From the NCBI GenBank assembly GCA_027492545.1, contig JAPUEL010000042.1:88286-152285 (forward strand): a DNA stretch of 64,000 bases, given 5' to 3'. The notes under the pieces were generated by a model. It did not search any database. It was not told where the DNA came from and was given only the letters and a program-made list of their open reading frames with translations. A program made the translations under genes and the position numbers. Of this stretch, positions 1 to 11,943 are shown in pieces (position 1 is the first letter of the stretch; every line of letters starts with the position of its first letter). This DNA comes from Propionibacteriaceae bacterium. Lineage in GTDB: Bacteria > Actinomycetota > Actinomycetes > Propionibacteriales > Propionibacteriaceae.

Positions 1-1039
1 CTTCGGCAGATCGGGTGCCGTCGTCGCCGACGCGGAGCCCGTAGCGCATGCCGTCGAAGCGGGCCAGGTTGCTGGAGAGCTCGGCGGGCTGGATGAGGTA
101 GTAGGCGGGCAGCGCGTAGCTGAACGCGGGGCAGGACACCTCGACCACCTCGGCGCCGGCTTCGCGCAGGAGTTCGACGGCCTCGGCGAACCGGTCCAGG
201 ACGCCCTGCTCGTATCCCTCGCCGCCGAGTTCCTTCACGACGCCGACGCGGACGCCGGTGAGGTTCGGCGAGGCGGCGGCGCCGGCGAGGTCGCCGACGG
301 GCTGGTCGATGGAGGCCGAGTCGTGCGGGTCGTAGCCGCCGATGACCTGCTGCAGGAGGGCTGCGTCGAGGGCGGTGCGGGCGCAGGGGCCGGGCTGGTC
401 CAGGCTGGAGGCCATGGCCACCAGGCCGTAGCGCGACACACCCCCGTAGGTGGGCTTCACGCCGACGGTGCCGGTCACCGATCCGGGCTGGCGGATGGAG
501 CCGCCTGTGTCCGAGCCCACCGCGAGGGGCACCATGAACGACGCCACTGCCGCGGCCGAGCCGCCGCCGGAGCCGCCGGGGATGCGCTCGGTGTCCCACG
601 GGTTGCGGGTGGGGCCGAAGTAGGAGGTCTCCGTCGAGGACCCCATGGCGAACTCGTCCATGTTGGTCTTGCCGACGATGACAAGACCCGCCTCGCGGAG
701 GCGCGTGACGACGGTGGCGTCGTAGGGTGGAACCCAGCCCTCCAGCATGCGGGAGCCGCAGGTGGTCGGGTGGTCGGTGGTGCAGAAGTTGTCCTTCACA
801 CCGATGGGGATGCCGGCCAGCGGGCCGAGCGCCTCGCCTGCGGCGCGCCGGGCGTCGATGGCGCGGGCCTGGGAGATGGCGGAGTCGGCGTCGACGGAAA
901 GGAATACGTTGAGCTCGTCATTGAGCTGCGCGATGCGGTCAAGGCATGCCCTAGTGAGCGCCTCGGAGGTGAGCTGACCGGCGGCCATGAGCGCGCCCAG
1001 CTCGTGGGCGGGCTTGGCGAGGAGGGGGTTCATGCTCAC
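1..1039 (-). CDS. gatA: Asp-tRNA(Asn)/Glu-tRNA(Gln) amidotransferase subunit A, 5' part (runs off the window start)
   Basis: Manual translation from GTG 1039, which overlaps the gatC stop: GVKDNFCT...[15 protein letters not shown]...[15 protein letters not shown] (amidase signature). Directly follows gatC. Confidence 0.95.
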   Translation of the reverse strand, partial: MSMNPLLAKPAHELGALMAAGQLTSEALTRACLDRIAQLNDELNVFLSVDADSAISQARAIDARRAAGEALGPLAGIPIGVKDNFCTTDHPTTCGSRMLEGWVPPYDATVVTRLREAGLVIVGKTNMDEFAMGSSTETSYFGPTRNPWDTERIPGGSGGGSAAAVASFMVPLAVGSDTGGSIRQPGSVTGTVGVKPTYGGVSRYGLVAMASSLDQPGPCARTALDAALLQQVIGGYDPHDSASIDQPVGDLAGAAASPNLTGVRVGVVKELGGEGYEQGVLDRFAEAVELLREAGAEVVEVSCPAFSYALPAYYLIQPAELSSNLARFDGMRYGLRVGDDGTRSAE

Positions 1040-1329
1040 TCCATCCCCAGGATCTGCGGCACGCGGAAACGGCCGTCCTCGCTGTCAGGGGCGCCGGAGA
1101 GCGCCTGCTCCTGGGTGAGCGACGGGGTGACCACGTCGTCGCGGAACACGTTGGTCATGGGGATGGCATGGGTGGCCATGAGCACGTCGGGACCGGCCAC
1201 CTCGGAGACGCTGCGGACCGAGTCCAGGATGACGTTGAGCTCGGGGGCGAGGTCCTGGCACTCCCGCTCGGTGAGCTGGATGCGGGCCAGGGCGCCCAAC
1301 CGGGCCACGTCGTCGGCGGTGATACCCAC
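1036..1329 (-). CDS. gatC: Amidotransferase subunit C
   Basis: 97 aa, [15 protein letters not shown]...NVFRDD...[15 protein letters not shown]; SD GAGGAG upstream; adjacent to gatA. Confidence 0.95.
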   Translation of the reverse strand: MGITADDVARLGALARIQLTERECQDLAPELNVILDSVRSVSEVAGPDVLMATHAIPMTNVFRDDVVTPSLTQEQALSGAPDSEDGRFRVPQILGME

Positions 1330-1527
1330 GGGTGTGCTCCTCAGTGTCGACGGGTGCCGCGGCGGCGGCGACGCCCATCTTAGGACCCTGTGACCTCTGT
1401 CTCAGTCGCGTGTTGGCCGTTTGATCGTCTCCAGAATGGGCGCAACGCGGTGGCCTGCGCTCGCGAGGCTGGGCGGTGTCACGCTCGCGCGCCGGGGCAC
1501 AGGCCTCCGCTCCGCCGGTGAGAGGCC

Positions 1528-1731
1528 CTAAGCGCCTGTGAGAATCAGGTAGAACATCCGGCCGAGGAAGAACAGTCCCACGGCGATGGCAACCACGACG
1601 AAGGGCACCACCGCCCGTTGCACCTTCTTGAACCGCGTGCTCGGCACCCCCGTCGGGCCCCACGGACCGCGCCCCACCTGCGCGCGCACGGGCACGATGT
1701 CGTTCAGGTTGAGGTCGGAGAAGATGCGCAC
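1528..1731 (-). CDS. Small single-pass membrane protein, unknown function
   Basis: 67 aa with basic residues followed by a hydrophobic C-terminal helix (VVPFVVVAIAVGLFFLGRMFYLIL); -10 hexamer TAAGCT ends 7 nt before the GTG. Confidence 0.7.
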   Translation of the reverse strand: MRIFSDLNLNDIVPVRAQVGRGPWGPTGVPSTRFKKVQRAVVPFVVVAIAVGLFFLGRMFYLILTGA

Positions 1732-1760
1732 GATCCCAAGCTTAGGCGAGCGTGGGGAAG

Positions 1761-2711
1761 CTATCCCCGGGCCAGCTGCTCCTCCACTAATGCCTTCGCC
1801 GTCCGCAGCGCCTCAAATTGTGGGCTCACGTCCTCCCGACGCCAGCCGGACAGGCCGCACGCCGTCCCGAGCAGGAGCCCGTCCAGCGAGTCCACCTGGA
1901 TCGCCCGGAACACCTGCAGAGAGGCCCTGACGAGGTCGTCGACGGTCTGGGGCCCCCGTGCTGTGTCGACGACACCGAGGATCAGCCCGCGACCCTCGTC
2001 GCGCCACTGTGCCAGTTCATCGAGGTCAACCAAGGCCGCATCCACCGAGACCCCGGCGAAGCCGGCGCGCTGCGCGACGTCCACCCAGCGTCCAGGCGCG
2101 CAGCAATGCAGCCAGGAGCCGTCGGCCAACGGCCGCAACGCCTCGACGAGGGCGGGCATGTCCACACGACGATGCCTCGAAAAGCCGCTGGCCGTCGGCA
2201 CGCGCCCCTCTGCCACCGCCAGCAGCGACGGCTCGTCGATCTGCACCCACACCGTGGCGCCCGGCACCCGCCGCGACACCTCCGCCCGCAGGCCGGCCAC
2301 CCCCTCCAGCAGGGCCTGCGCGAGCTCGCGCCGGGCTCCATGGTCCGCCAGCAGCCGATCGCCCATCGGCCGCTCGACGGAGGACGCCAGGGTCCATGGA
2401 CCGGCAACGCCGATCTTCAGCACGCCGTCGAACCCCTGGAGGAGTTCCTCGGCGTCGTCGAGGTCTCGCCGCCACTGGGCAACTGCCCGGCGGTGGTCGG
2501 CCCCTGGATTCGGCACCAGCCGCCACCCGGCGGGTTGGAGGTCGAAGCCGAGGCCCGAGACCAACCCAAGAGCCCGCCCGATCATGTCCGATCCGACGCC
2601 CCTCGCGGGCAGCTCAGGCAGCGGTAGCACCTCAGGGAGTGCCTCCGCCATGGCGGTGAGGGCGCCGCGGAAGTCGGTGCCAGGCAGGGATCCGGCGGCC
2701 GTGATGAGCAT
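1761..2711 (-). CDS. Cobalamin-independent methionine synthase catalytic-domain-like (URO-D/MetE superfamily) protein
   Basis: GSLPG at the N-terminus, PELPARG, QIDEP, HCC and GTACGL putative Zn ligands; start overlaps the mnmA stop (TGATG). Confidence 0.8.
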   Translation of the reverse strand: MLITAAGSLPGTDFRGALTAMAEALPEVLPLPELPARGVGSDMIGRALGLVSGLGFDLQPAGWRLVPNPGADHRRAVAQWRRDLDDAEELLQGFDGVLKIGVAGPWTLASSVERPMGDRLLADHGARRELAQALLEGVAGLRAEVSRRVPGATVWVQIDEPSLLAVAEGRVPTASGFSRHRRVDMPALVEALRPLADGSWLHCCAPGRWVDVAQRAGFAGVSVDAALVDLDELAQWRDEGRGLILGVVDTARGPQTVDDLVRASLQVFRAIQVDSLDGLLLGTACGLSGWRREDVSPQFEALRTAKALVEEQLARG

Positions 2712-3784
2712 CAGCGGGCCTCGGCGATCACAGCGCTGCCCACCACGCGGTCGCCGTCGTAGACCACGACGGTCTGCCCTGGGGCCACGCCGTGCCCGGG
2801 CTCGTCGAGCATCACCGACAGTCCCGCATCAGTCGCCTGGATCGTTGCGTCCTGCGGTACGCCGTGCGCCCGGTACTGCGCCTGCCCACGCCACGGGCCC
2901 ATCATCGGGTCCTGCGTCCAGGTGGTGCGGATGCCGGTGAGGCGGGTCACGGCGAGCTCCTCGCGTGCCCCCACCACCACGGTGCTGGTGGCGGGCTCGA
3001 TCCGCAGCACGTAGCGCGGCTCCCCCGTCGGCGCCGGCACGCGGAGGTCCAGCCCCTTGCGCTGCCCGACGGTGTAGCGGTGTGTCCCGCGGTGCTCCCC
3101 GAGGACGGCGCCGTCGGCGTCCACGATCGGGCCAGGATCGTCGTCCAGGTAGCGGCCGAGGAAGCCCTGGGTGTCGCCGTCGGCGATGAAGCAGATGTCG
3201 TGGCTATCGGGCTTCTTCGCCACCCCCAAGCCGAGAGCCTGCGCCTCGGCACGGACCAGCGGCTTCTCCACGTCATGGAGCGGGAACAGGCAGCGCCGCA
3301 GCTGCTCCTGGGTGAGCATGCCGAGCACGTAGGACTGGTCCTTGGCATGATCCGCCGCCCGGTGCAGCGACATCGAACCGTCGCCCTCGCGGCGCAGGTC
3401 GGCGTAGTGCCCGGTGGCCACGGCATCGAACCCGAGCGCCATGCCGCGGTCGAGCACCGCGGCGAACTTGATCTTCTCGTTGCAGCGCAGGCACGGGTTG
3501 GGTGTACGGCCGGCGCGGTACTCGGCCACGAAGTCCTCGACGACGGCCTCGCGGAACTGCTCGGCGAAGTCCCACACGTAGAAGGGAATGTCCAGCTTGT
3601 CCGCGACCCGCCGGGCGTCGTGCGAGTCCTCGAGCGAACAACAGCCACGCGCGCCAGAGCGGTAGGACTCAGGGTTCTTCGACAGCGCCAGGTGTACCCC
3701 GGTCACATCGTGACCCTCCGCGACGAGGCGCGCAGCAGCGACGGCGGAGTCCACCCCGCCCGACATCGCGACCAACACCCGCAC
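2711..3784 (-). CDS. mnmA: tRNA-specific 2-thiouridylase
   Basis: [10 protein letters not shown]-loop, [38 protein letters not shown]; start placed at GTG 3784 after SD GAGGAG. Confidence 0.97.
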   Translation of the reverse strand: MRVLVAMSGGVDSAVAAARLVAEGHDVTGVHLALSKNPESYRSGARGCCSLEDSHDARRVADKLDIPFYVWDFAEQFREAVVEDFVAEYRAGRTPNPCLRCNEKIKFAAVLDRGMALGFDAVATGHYADLRREGDGSMSLHRAADHAKDQSYVLGMLTQEQLRRCLFPLHDVEKPLVRAEAQALGLGVAKKPDSHDICFIADGDTQGFLGRYLDDDPGPIVDADGAVLGEHRGTHRYTVGQRKGLDLRVPAPTGEPRYVLRIEPATSTVVVGAREELAVTRLTGIRTTWTQDPMMGPWRGQAQYRAHGVPQDATIQATDAGLSVMLDEPGHGVAPGQTVVVYDGDRVVGSAVIAEAR

Positions 3785-3812
3785 TTGGCTCTCCTCTGCT
3801 CGGCAGTGCTCC

Positions 3813-3818
3813 ACTCTA
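3813..3818 (-). promoter_or_regulatory. Putative -10 element (TAGAGT) for mnmA
   Basis: TAnnnT hexamer about 30 nt upstream of the mnmA start, inside the segment that separates mnmA from iscS. Confidence 0.5.
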
Positions 3819-3945
3819 CCGACTGCGCCTTCGCGTACCGACGCGCCAGGAGGCGCCGAATCAAGCACCCAGAACCTGCTTCGCTACCTCGGAGAGCGTG
3901 CGCAGCCCCCGAAGCCCCGCGCAGGTGCTCCCCGCGCCCTCCGAC

Positions 3946-3954
3946 TTATCCACA
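3946..3954 (+). promoter_or_regulatory. Perfect DnaA box (TTATCCACA)
   Basis: Exact 9/9 consensus match, 21 nt upstream of the promoter of the DUF222-HNH gene. Confidence 0.55.
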
Positions 3955-3975
3955 CCCTTCGCGCAGCCGCAGAAA

Positions 3976-3998
3976 TTGTCAGTGAGTGCTAATAGAGT
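3976..3998 (+). promoter_or_regulatory. RecA-NDp / PafBC-type DNA-damage-inducible promoter
   Basis: TTGTCAGTG-AGTGCTAA-TAGAGT matches tTGTCRgtg-N8-TAnnnT exactly; ATG follows 6 nt later (leaderless). Confidence 0.75.
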
Positions 3999-4004
3999 GT
4001 CTCC

Positions 4005-5441
4005 ATGGTCAACAGCACGCCCACCCCTCTGGTCCCCGTTTCGGTGGCCGAGGGCTACGCGGCGCTGGACCACGCCCACCAGCAGCTCGTGGCGGCGGAG
4101 ACCGCCGAGATCATCGCCATCGCGCATCTCACCGACGTCTACCGGGTGGATCAGGACGCCGTGATTGTCGGCATGGAAGACCTGATCCAGCCCGGCGCGG
4201 ACGGCACCCCCAGTATCGGCGAGTTTCTCTCACTGGAGGTGGGCGCCCTGCTCGGGATCTCGCCACTTTCGGCCATGGGCCGGATCGGTGATGTCCTCAA
4301 CGTCCGCCACCGCCACCCTGTCCTGTGGGAAGCGGTGCTCGCCGGGCGGGTGCGCTGGTGGCAGGCGGCAGACGTCGCCGGGCGCGCCCAGCACCTCACC
4401 GCCGCCTCCGCCGCTCTCCTGGACCGCAGGCTCGCCCACGCCATGGCCCTGATGCCTTGGGCCCGGGTACTGCGCAACCTCGACGGCTGGATCCTCGCCG
4501 CGGACCCCCAGACTGCTGCTGAGGCCGAGGCTCGGCATCGCACCGAGCGCAAGGTCGTCCTCAACCAGATCCGAGACGGTCACATCGAAATCTGGGGACG
4601 CCTCGCCCCGGCGGACGCACTCGCCTTCGACCAGGCCATCAACGAGATCGCCAAGACCCTGCCCCCGATCCTCAGCGCAGACAACTCCCCCTTGGCCGGC
4701 CTGCCGTCAGGAGAAGTGGCCCGGATGGATCTTCAAACCCGCCGCGCAGCCGCCGTCGGTGCGCTGGCGCGGCAGGCGTTCGGGCAGGACGCCCTGCCCA
4801 CCCACCAGCTGATCGTTCACATCACCGCGTCGGACGCGTGGCTCACCGGAGACGCGGCGCCCGGCCCCGCACTCCTGCCCGACGGTTCCGCCACCGGCGT
4901 CGCCCGCGTGGAACGCTGGGGATGCCTGCCCACTGATCGTCTGCGGGAGTTGCTGGCCGATTCCCGGGTGATCGTGCGCCCCGTCCTGGATCCCAACTCG
5001 GTCACTGCCGTGGATCAGCACGATCCGCCGGACGTGATGCGGCTGGCGCTCGCCCTACGAAACCCGGTCGACGTGTTCCCCTACGGCACGCGCGTCGCCC
5101 GTGGCTGCGACGCGGACCACACCAGCCGCTACATCCACGATGGGCCCCCAGGCCAAACCTCGATGGACAATCTCGGCCCCCTGTCACGGTTCACGCATCG
5201 AGGCAAGACGCACGGCGGCTGGCGCCTGACACAACCAGTGCCGGGCGTGTACCACTGGAGGTCTCCGGCCGGGTTCGAGTATCTGGTCACGGCCCAGGGC
5301 ACTGTCAGGCTCCATTCGCCCACACCGCCGACGCGCCTGTGGGCGGAACCCGCCCGCGTCCCACCGGATCCGCCACCCGAGGACCCGGCCTGGGACATCT
5401 ATCCCGACCATCGCGCGGCCGGCCACATCCTCGCCGCCTGA
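4005..5441 (+). CDS. DUF222 (13E12-repeat family) protein with C-terminal HNH-like endonuclease domain
   Basis: Helical N-terminal region (EFLSLEVGALLGIS, RHRHPVLWEAVLAGRV); C-terminal CDADH...DNLGPLSRFTHRGKTHGGW followed by WRSPAG. Confidence 0.85.
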   Translation: MVNSTPTPLVPVSVAEGYAALDHAHQQLVAAETAEIIAIAHLTDVYRVDQDAVIVGMEDLIQPGADGTPSIGEFLSLEVGALLGISPLSAMGRIGDVLNVRHRHPVLWEAVLAGRVRWWQAADVAGRAQHLTAASAALLDRRLAHAMALMPWARVLRNLDGWILAADPQTAAEAEARHRTERKVVLNQIRDGHIEIWGRLAPADALAFDQAINEIAKTLPPILSADNSPLAGLPSGEVARMDLQTRRAAAVGALARQAFGQDALPTHQLIVHITASDAWLTGDAAPGPALLPDGSATGVARVERWGCLPTDRLRELLADSRVIVRPVLDPNSVTAVDQHDPPDVMRLALALRNPVDVFPYGTRVARGCDADHTSRYIHDGPPGQTSMDNLGPLSRFTHRGKTHGGWRLTQPVPGVYHWRSPAGFEYLVTAQGTVRLHSPTPPTRLWAEPARVPPDPPPEDPAWDIYPDHRAAGHILAA

Positions 5442-5549
5442 CACCACCCGCCGGCGGAGGAGTCTGCCCCCGCGGCTTCCTTGGGTTCATCGCGCGTCGT
5501 CCGCGACCTGCCCGACTTCACCGGCTCCGTCGAAATGACCTCCGCTGAC

Positions 5550-6014
5550 CTATGCGCGCGCCACGATGGCCCGGTCGAGCATCGACCGCGCCGCCTCAAG
5601 CGCGCCTTGGGGGTAGAACGGGAGCCCTTCGTGGCCGAGTGCGTCCAGCCGGTGCCAGGCCACAGTGCTCGGATCGTCATTGACGCCAACACGGTCGTCG
5701 AGCGACCACACCGCGAGCGCCGGACACTCGATGGCGAAGATGTGCACGATCTCGTGTCCCGGCACCCCGAGGAAGGTGAAGATGTTCTCGGTCACCGCAA
5801 GCAGCCGCTCGCCCGTGACCTCCACACCGAGTTCCTCTCTGAACTCGCGCCGCAGCGCGTCCGCCGCGCGCTCGCCAAACTCGATGCCCCCGCCGATTGC
5901 CCGCACGAAGGGGGGCTCCCCCTTCGCACCGCCGAACTCCTGCACGAGCACGTGTCCGTCGCGCACGGGGAGCCCGACGGCGAGGTTGCGGATGCGCGGA
6001 TCGGCTTGGCCCAT
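5550..6014 (-). CDS. Nudix hydrolase
   Basis: Nudix box GGGIEFGERAADALRREFREELG; start placed at ATG 6014, 6 nt after a TACGCT -10 hexamer. Confidence 0.88.
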   Translation of the reverse strand: MGQADPRIRNLAVGLPVRDGHVLVQEFGGAKGEPPFVRAIGGGIEFGERAADALRREFREELGVEVTGERLLAVTENIFTFLGVPGHEIVHIFAIECPALAVWSLDDRVGVNDDPSTVAWHRLDALGHEGLPFYPQGALEAARSMLDRAIVARA

Positions 6015-6231
6015 GGTTGGAGCGTAGACCCGTCCTCGCGCCAGCAGGCGACGGCGAACAAGGGGGACCAACGCGCCGACGCGACATGGGCACGAGGGTG
6101 GGGGACGGCAGGGCGGCTGGGCGCAGGGATGCCCAGCCCTTGGGTCACCCGAAGGAACCCGCCTGAACAGACTGGTGCCAGGGCCGCCCTGACGGCGCGC
6201 ACACGGACCCGGCCGCGCCACAGGAGAACCA

Positions 6232-6352
6232 GTGTCGGGAGACGTGGGACGAGGCACGGGCGGCCTCAACTACCGGACCCCAGCGCAACGCGCGGCGAGC
6301 ACGCCGACGGTGGACACAAGCCGCCCGTGCCTCGTGTCACGGCTCCCGGCAC
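6232..6352. repeat. Long imperfect inverted repeat (33-nt arms, 55-nt spacer)
   Basis: 6236-6264 versus 6320-6348 is 26/29 complementary, with a perfect 16-bp core (6249-6264 / 6320-6335); GTGT/GCAC extends the stem with one G.U pair. Confidence 0.85.
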
Positions 6353-6401
6353 CCGCAGCGCCACCGGGGACGGCGCACGCAAGTGCAGCCACCGGGGAGA
6401 G

Positions 6402-7583
6402 TCAGAAGGCTGAGCGGGCCACCGACAGCGCCTCGGGCAGCACCGCGAGCAGCCGGTCCACGTCGGCCGGCGTTGTCGTCCATCCCAGCGAGAAGCGCAG
6501 ACTCTGCGTCGCCTCGTCGGGCGTCCGGCCCATCGCCAGCAGCACCTCGCTCGGCTGATGCACCCCAGCGCGACACGCGCTCCCCACCGACGCGGCGATC
6601 CCCCGCTGGTCCAGGAGGAACAGCAGGTCGTCGGCGCGCACCCCGTCGAACGTCACGTTGAGTATGTGGGGCGCCCCGACCGGTGGGGCTCCACCCACCC
6701 CTTCCGTACGCTGGCTCGATTCCTGCCCGCCACTCGTGGGCCGGGGCCAGCTGTTCAACCGCCCGCCCGCCGCGACACACGCCTCCGCCACCCGGTCCCG
6801 CAACGCCGACAGCCGTGCGGCCTCGGCGGACAACTCCCCCACTGCGACACTCGCGGCCCGCGCGAACGCTGCCGCCAACGCCACCGGCTGGGTGCCGGAC
6901 CGCACCTCGCGCTCCTGCCCACCCCCCAGCCCGACGGCAGCGGGCACAACCGAGCGCCGCACCAGCAGCGCCCCCACACCCACCGGCCCACCGATCTTGT
7001 GCGCCGACACACTCATCAGGTCCACGCCACTGGCACCGAAGTCCACCGGCACGTGCCCCAACGCCTGCACCGCATCCGTGTGCATCCACGCCCCCACCGA
7101 CCCTGCCAACTTCCCCACCTCAGAAACCGGCTGCACGACCCCCGTCTCGTTGTTCACCCACATCACAGACACCACCGCCACGGCCTCATCCAGCGTCTCC
7201 TCGAGAGCGCCCAGCGACACCACGCCCTCAGCACCCACCGGCAGCACCTCGGCCCCCCGCGACACCGCCCCCTTCACCGCCGGATGCTCGACGGCCGACA
7301 CCAGCCATCGCGACCGCCCCCGCGAGCGTCCGGCCTCCCAACCCCCCAGCACCGCGATCGTGTCAGCCTCGGACCCGCCCGAGGTGAAGATCACCTCAGA
7401 GTGGCTCGCCCCGACGGCAGCCGCCAGCTCCTCGCGCGCCTCCTCCAACCGGCGCCGGGCCCGTTGCCCGGGCCGGTGCAGGGACGAGGCGTTCCCCACC
7501 AGCCCGGACGCCGCGACGAACGCCTCCAACGCCTCCGGGCGCAGCGGCGAGGTGGCGGCGTGATCGAGATAGACGGGCTCCAT
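6402..7583 (-). CDS. iscS: Cysteine desulfurase (IscS/NifS class V aminotransferase)
   Basis: YLDHAATSP, FTSGGSE, NNETG, HTDAVQA, SAHKIGGP (PLP Lys), SVGSAC (catalytic Cys); SD GGAGG before ATG 7583. Confidence 0.93.
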   Translation of the reverse strand: MEPVYLDHAATSPLRPEALEAFVAASGLVGNASSLHRPGQRARRRLEEAREELAAAVGASHSEVIFTSGGSEADTIAVLGGWEAGRSRGRSRWLVSAVEHPAVKGAVSRGAEVLPVGAEGVVSLGALEETLDEAVAVVSVMWVNNETGVVQPVSEVGKLAGSVGAWMHTDAVQALGHVPVDFGASGVDLMSVSAHKIGGPVGVGALLVRRSVVPAAVGLGGGQEREVRSGTQPVALAAAFARAASVAVGELSAEAARLSALRDRVAEACVAAGGRLNSWPRPTSGGQESSQRTEGVGGAPPVGAPHILNVTFDGVRADDLLFLLDQRGIAASVGSACRAGVHQPSEVLLAMGRTPDEATQSLRFSLGWTTTPADVDRLLAVLPEALSVARSAF

Positions 7584-7745
7584 AAGCCACCCTCCGGGCA
7601 CGGGCGACGCGGTGCGCGCCGCCCCGAACAAGCATCCATGCTAGCCACGGGATTCCGCGTGCAAACCCCCCAGCGAAGTGGAGTTTGGACCAGAAAGTGG
7701 CACAATGGGGCGCCGCCGAAAAAACGATTCCGCCGAAAGCAGACG

Positions 7746-9896
<2,151 letters not shown>

Positions 9897-9936
9897 ACCG
9901 CGCAGCCGGGGGTGCCCGCCAGCTAGGCTGACGCAC

Positions 9937-11939
<2,003 letters not shown>

Positions 11940-11943
<4 letters not shown>

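Noticed and set aside
3871-3884. Possible LexA SOS box upstream of DUF222 (GAACCTGCTTCG); also TCGAACAAGTTG at about 63420
   Set aside because: Spacing and half-sites do not fit CGAAC-N4-GTTCG.
6171-6233. ACTGGT and ACCAGT resembling DasR-box halves
   Set aside because: They are about 50 nt apart instead of 4 nt, and far from the amino-sugar operon.
7676-7738. Short direct repeats AAGTGG x2 and CCGCCGAAA x2 in the iscS-glgX spacer
   Set aside because: Too short, with only two copies each; cannot be distinguished from chance without comparative data.
6558-7745. Apparent 396-aa N-terminal extension of GlgX (1112-aa track ORF)
   Set aside because: It is the in-register antisense of iscS, open because TTA/CTA/TCA codons are rare at this GC content. 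It is Pro/Arg/His-rich nonsense, and glgX has its own CACAAT promoter-like hexamer at 7701.
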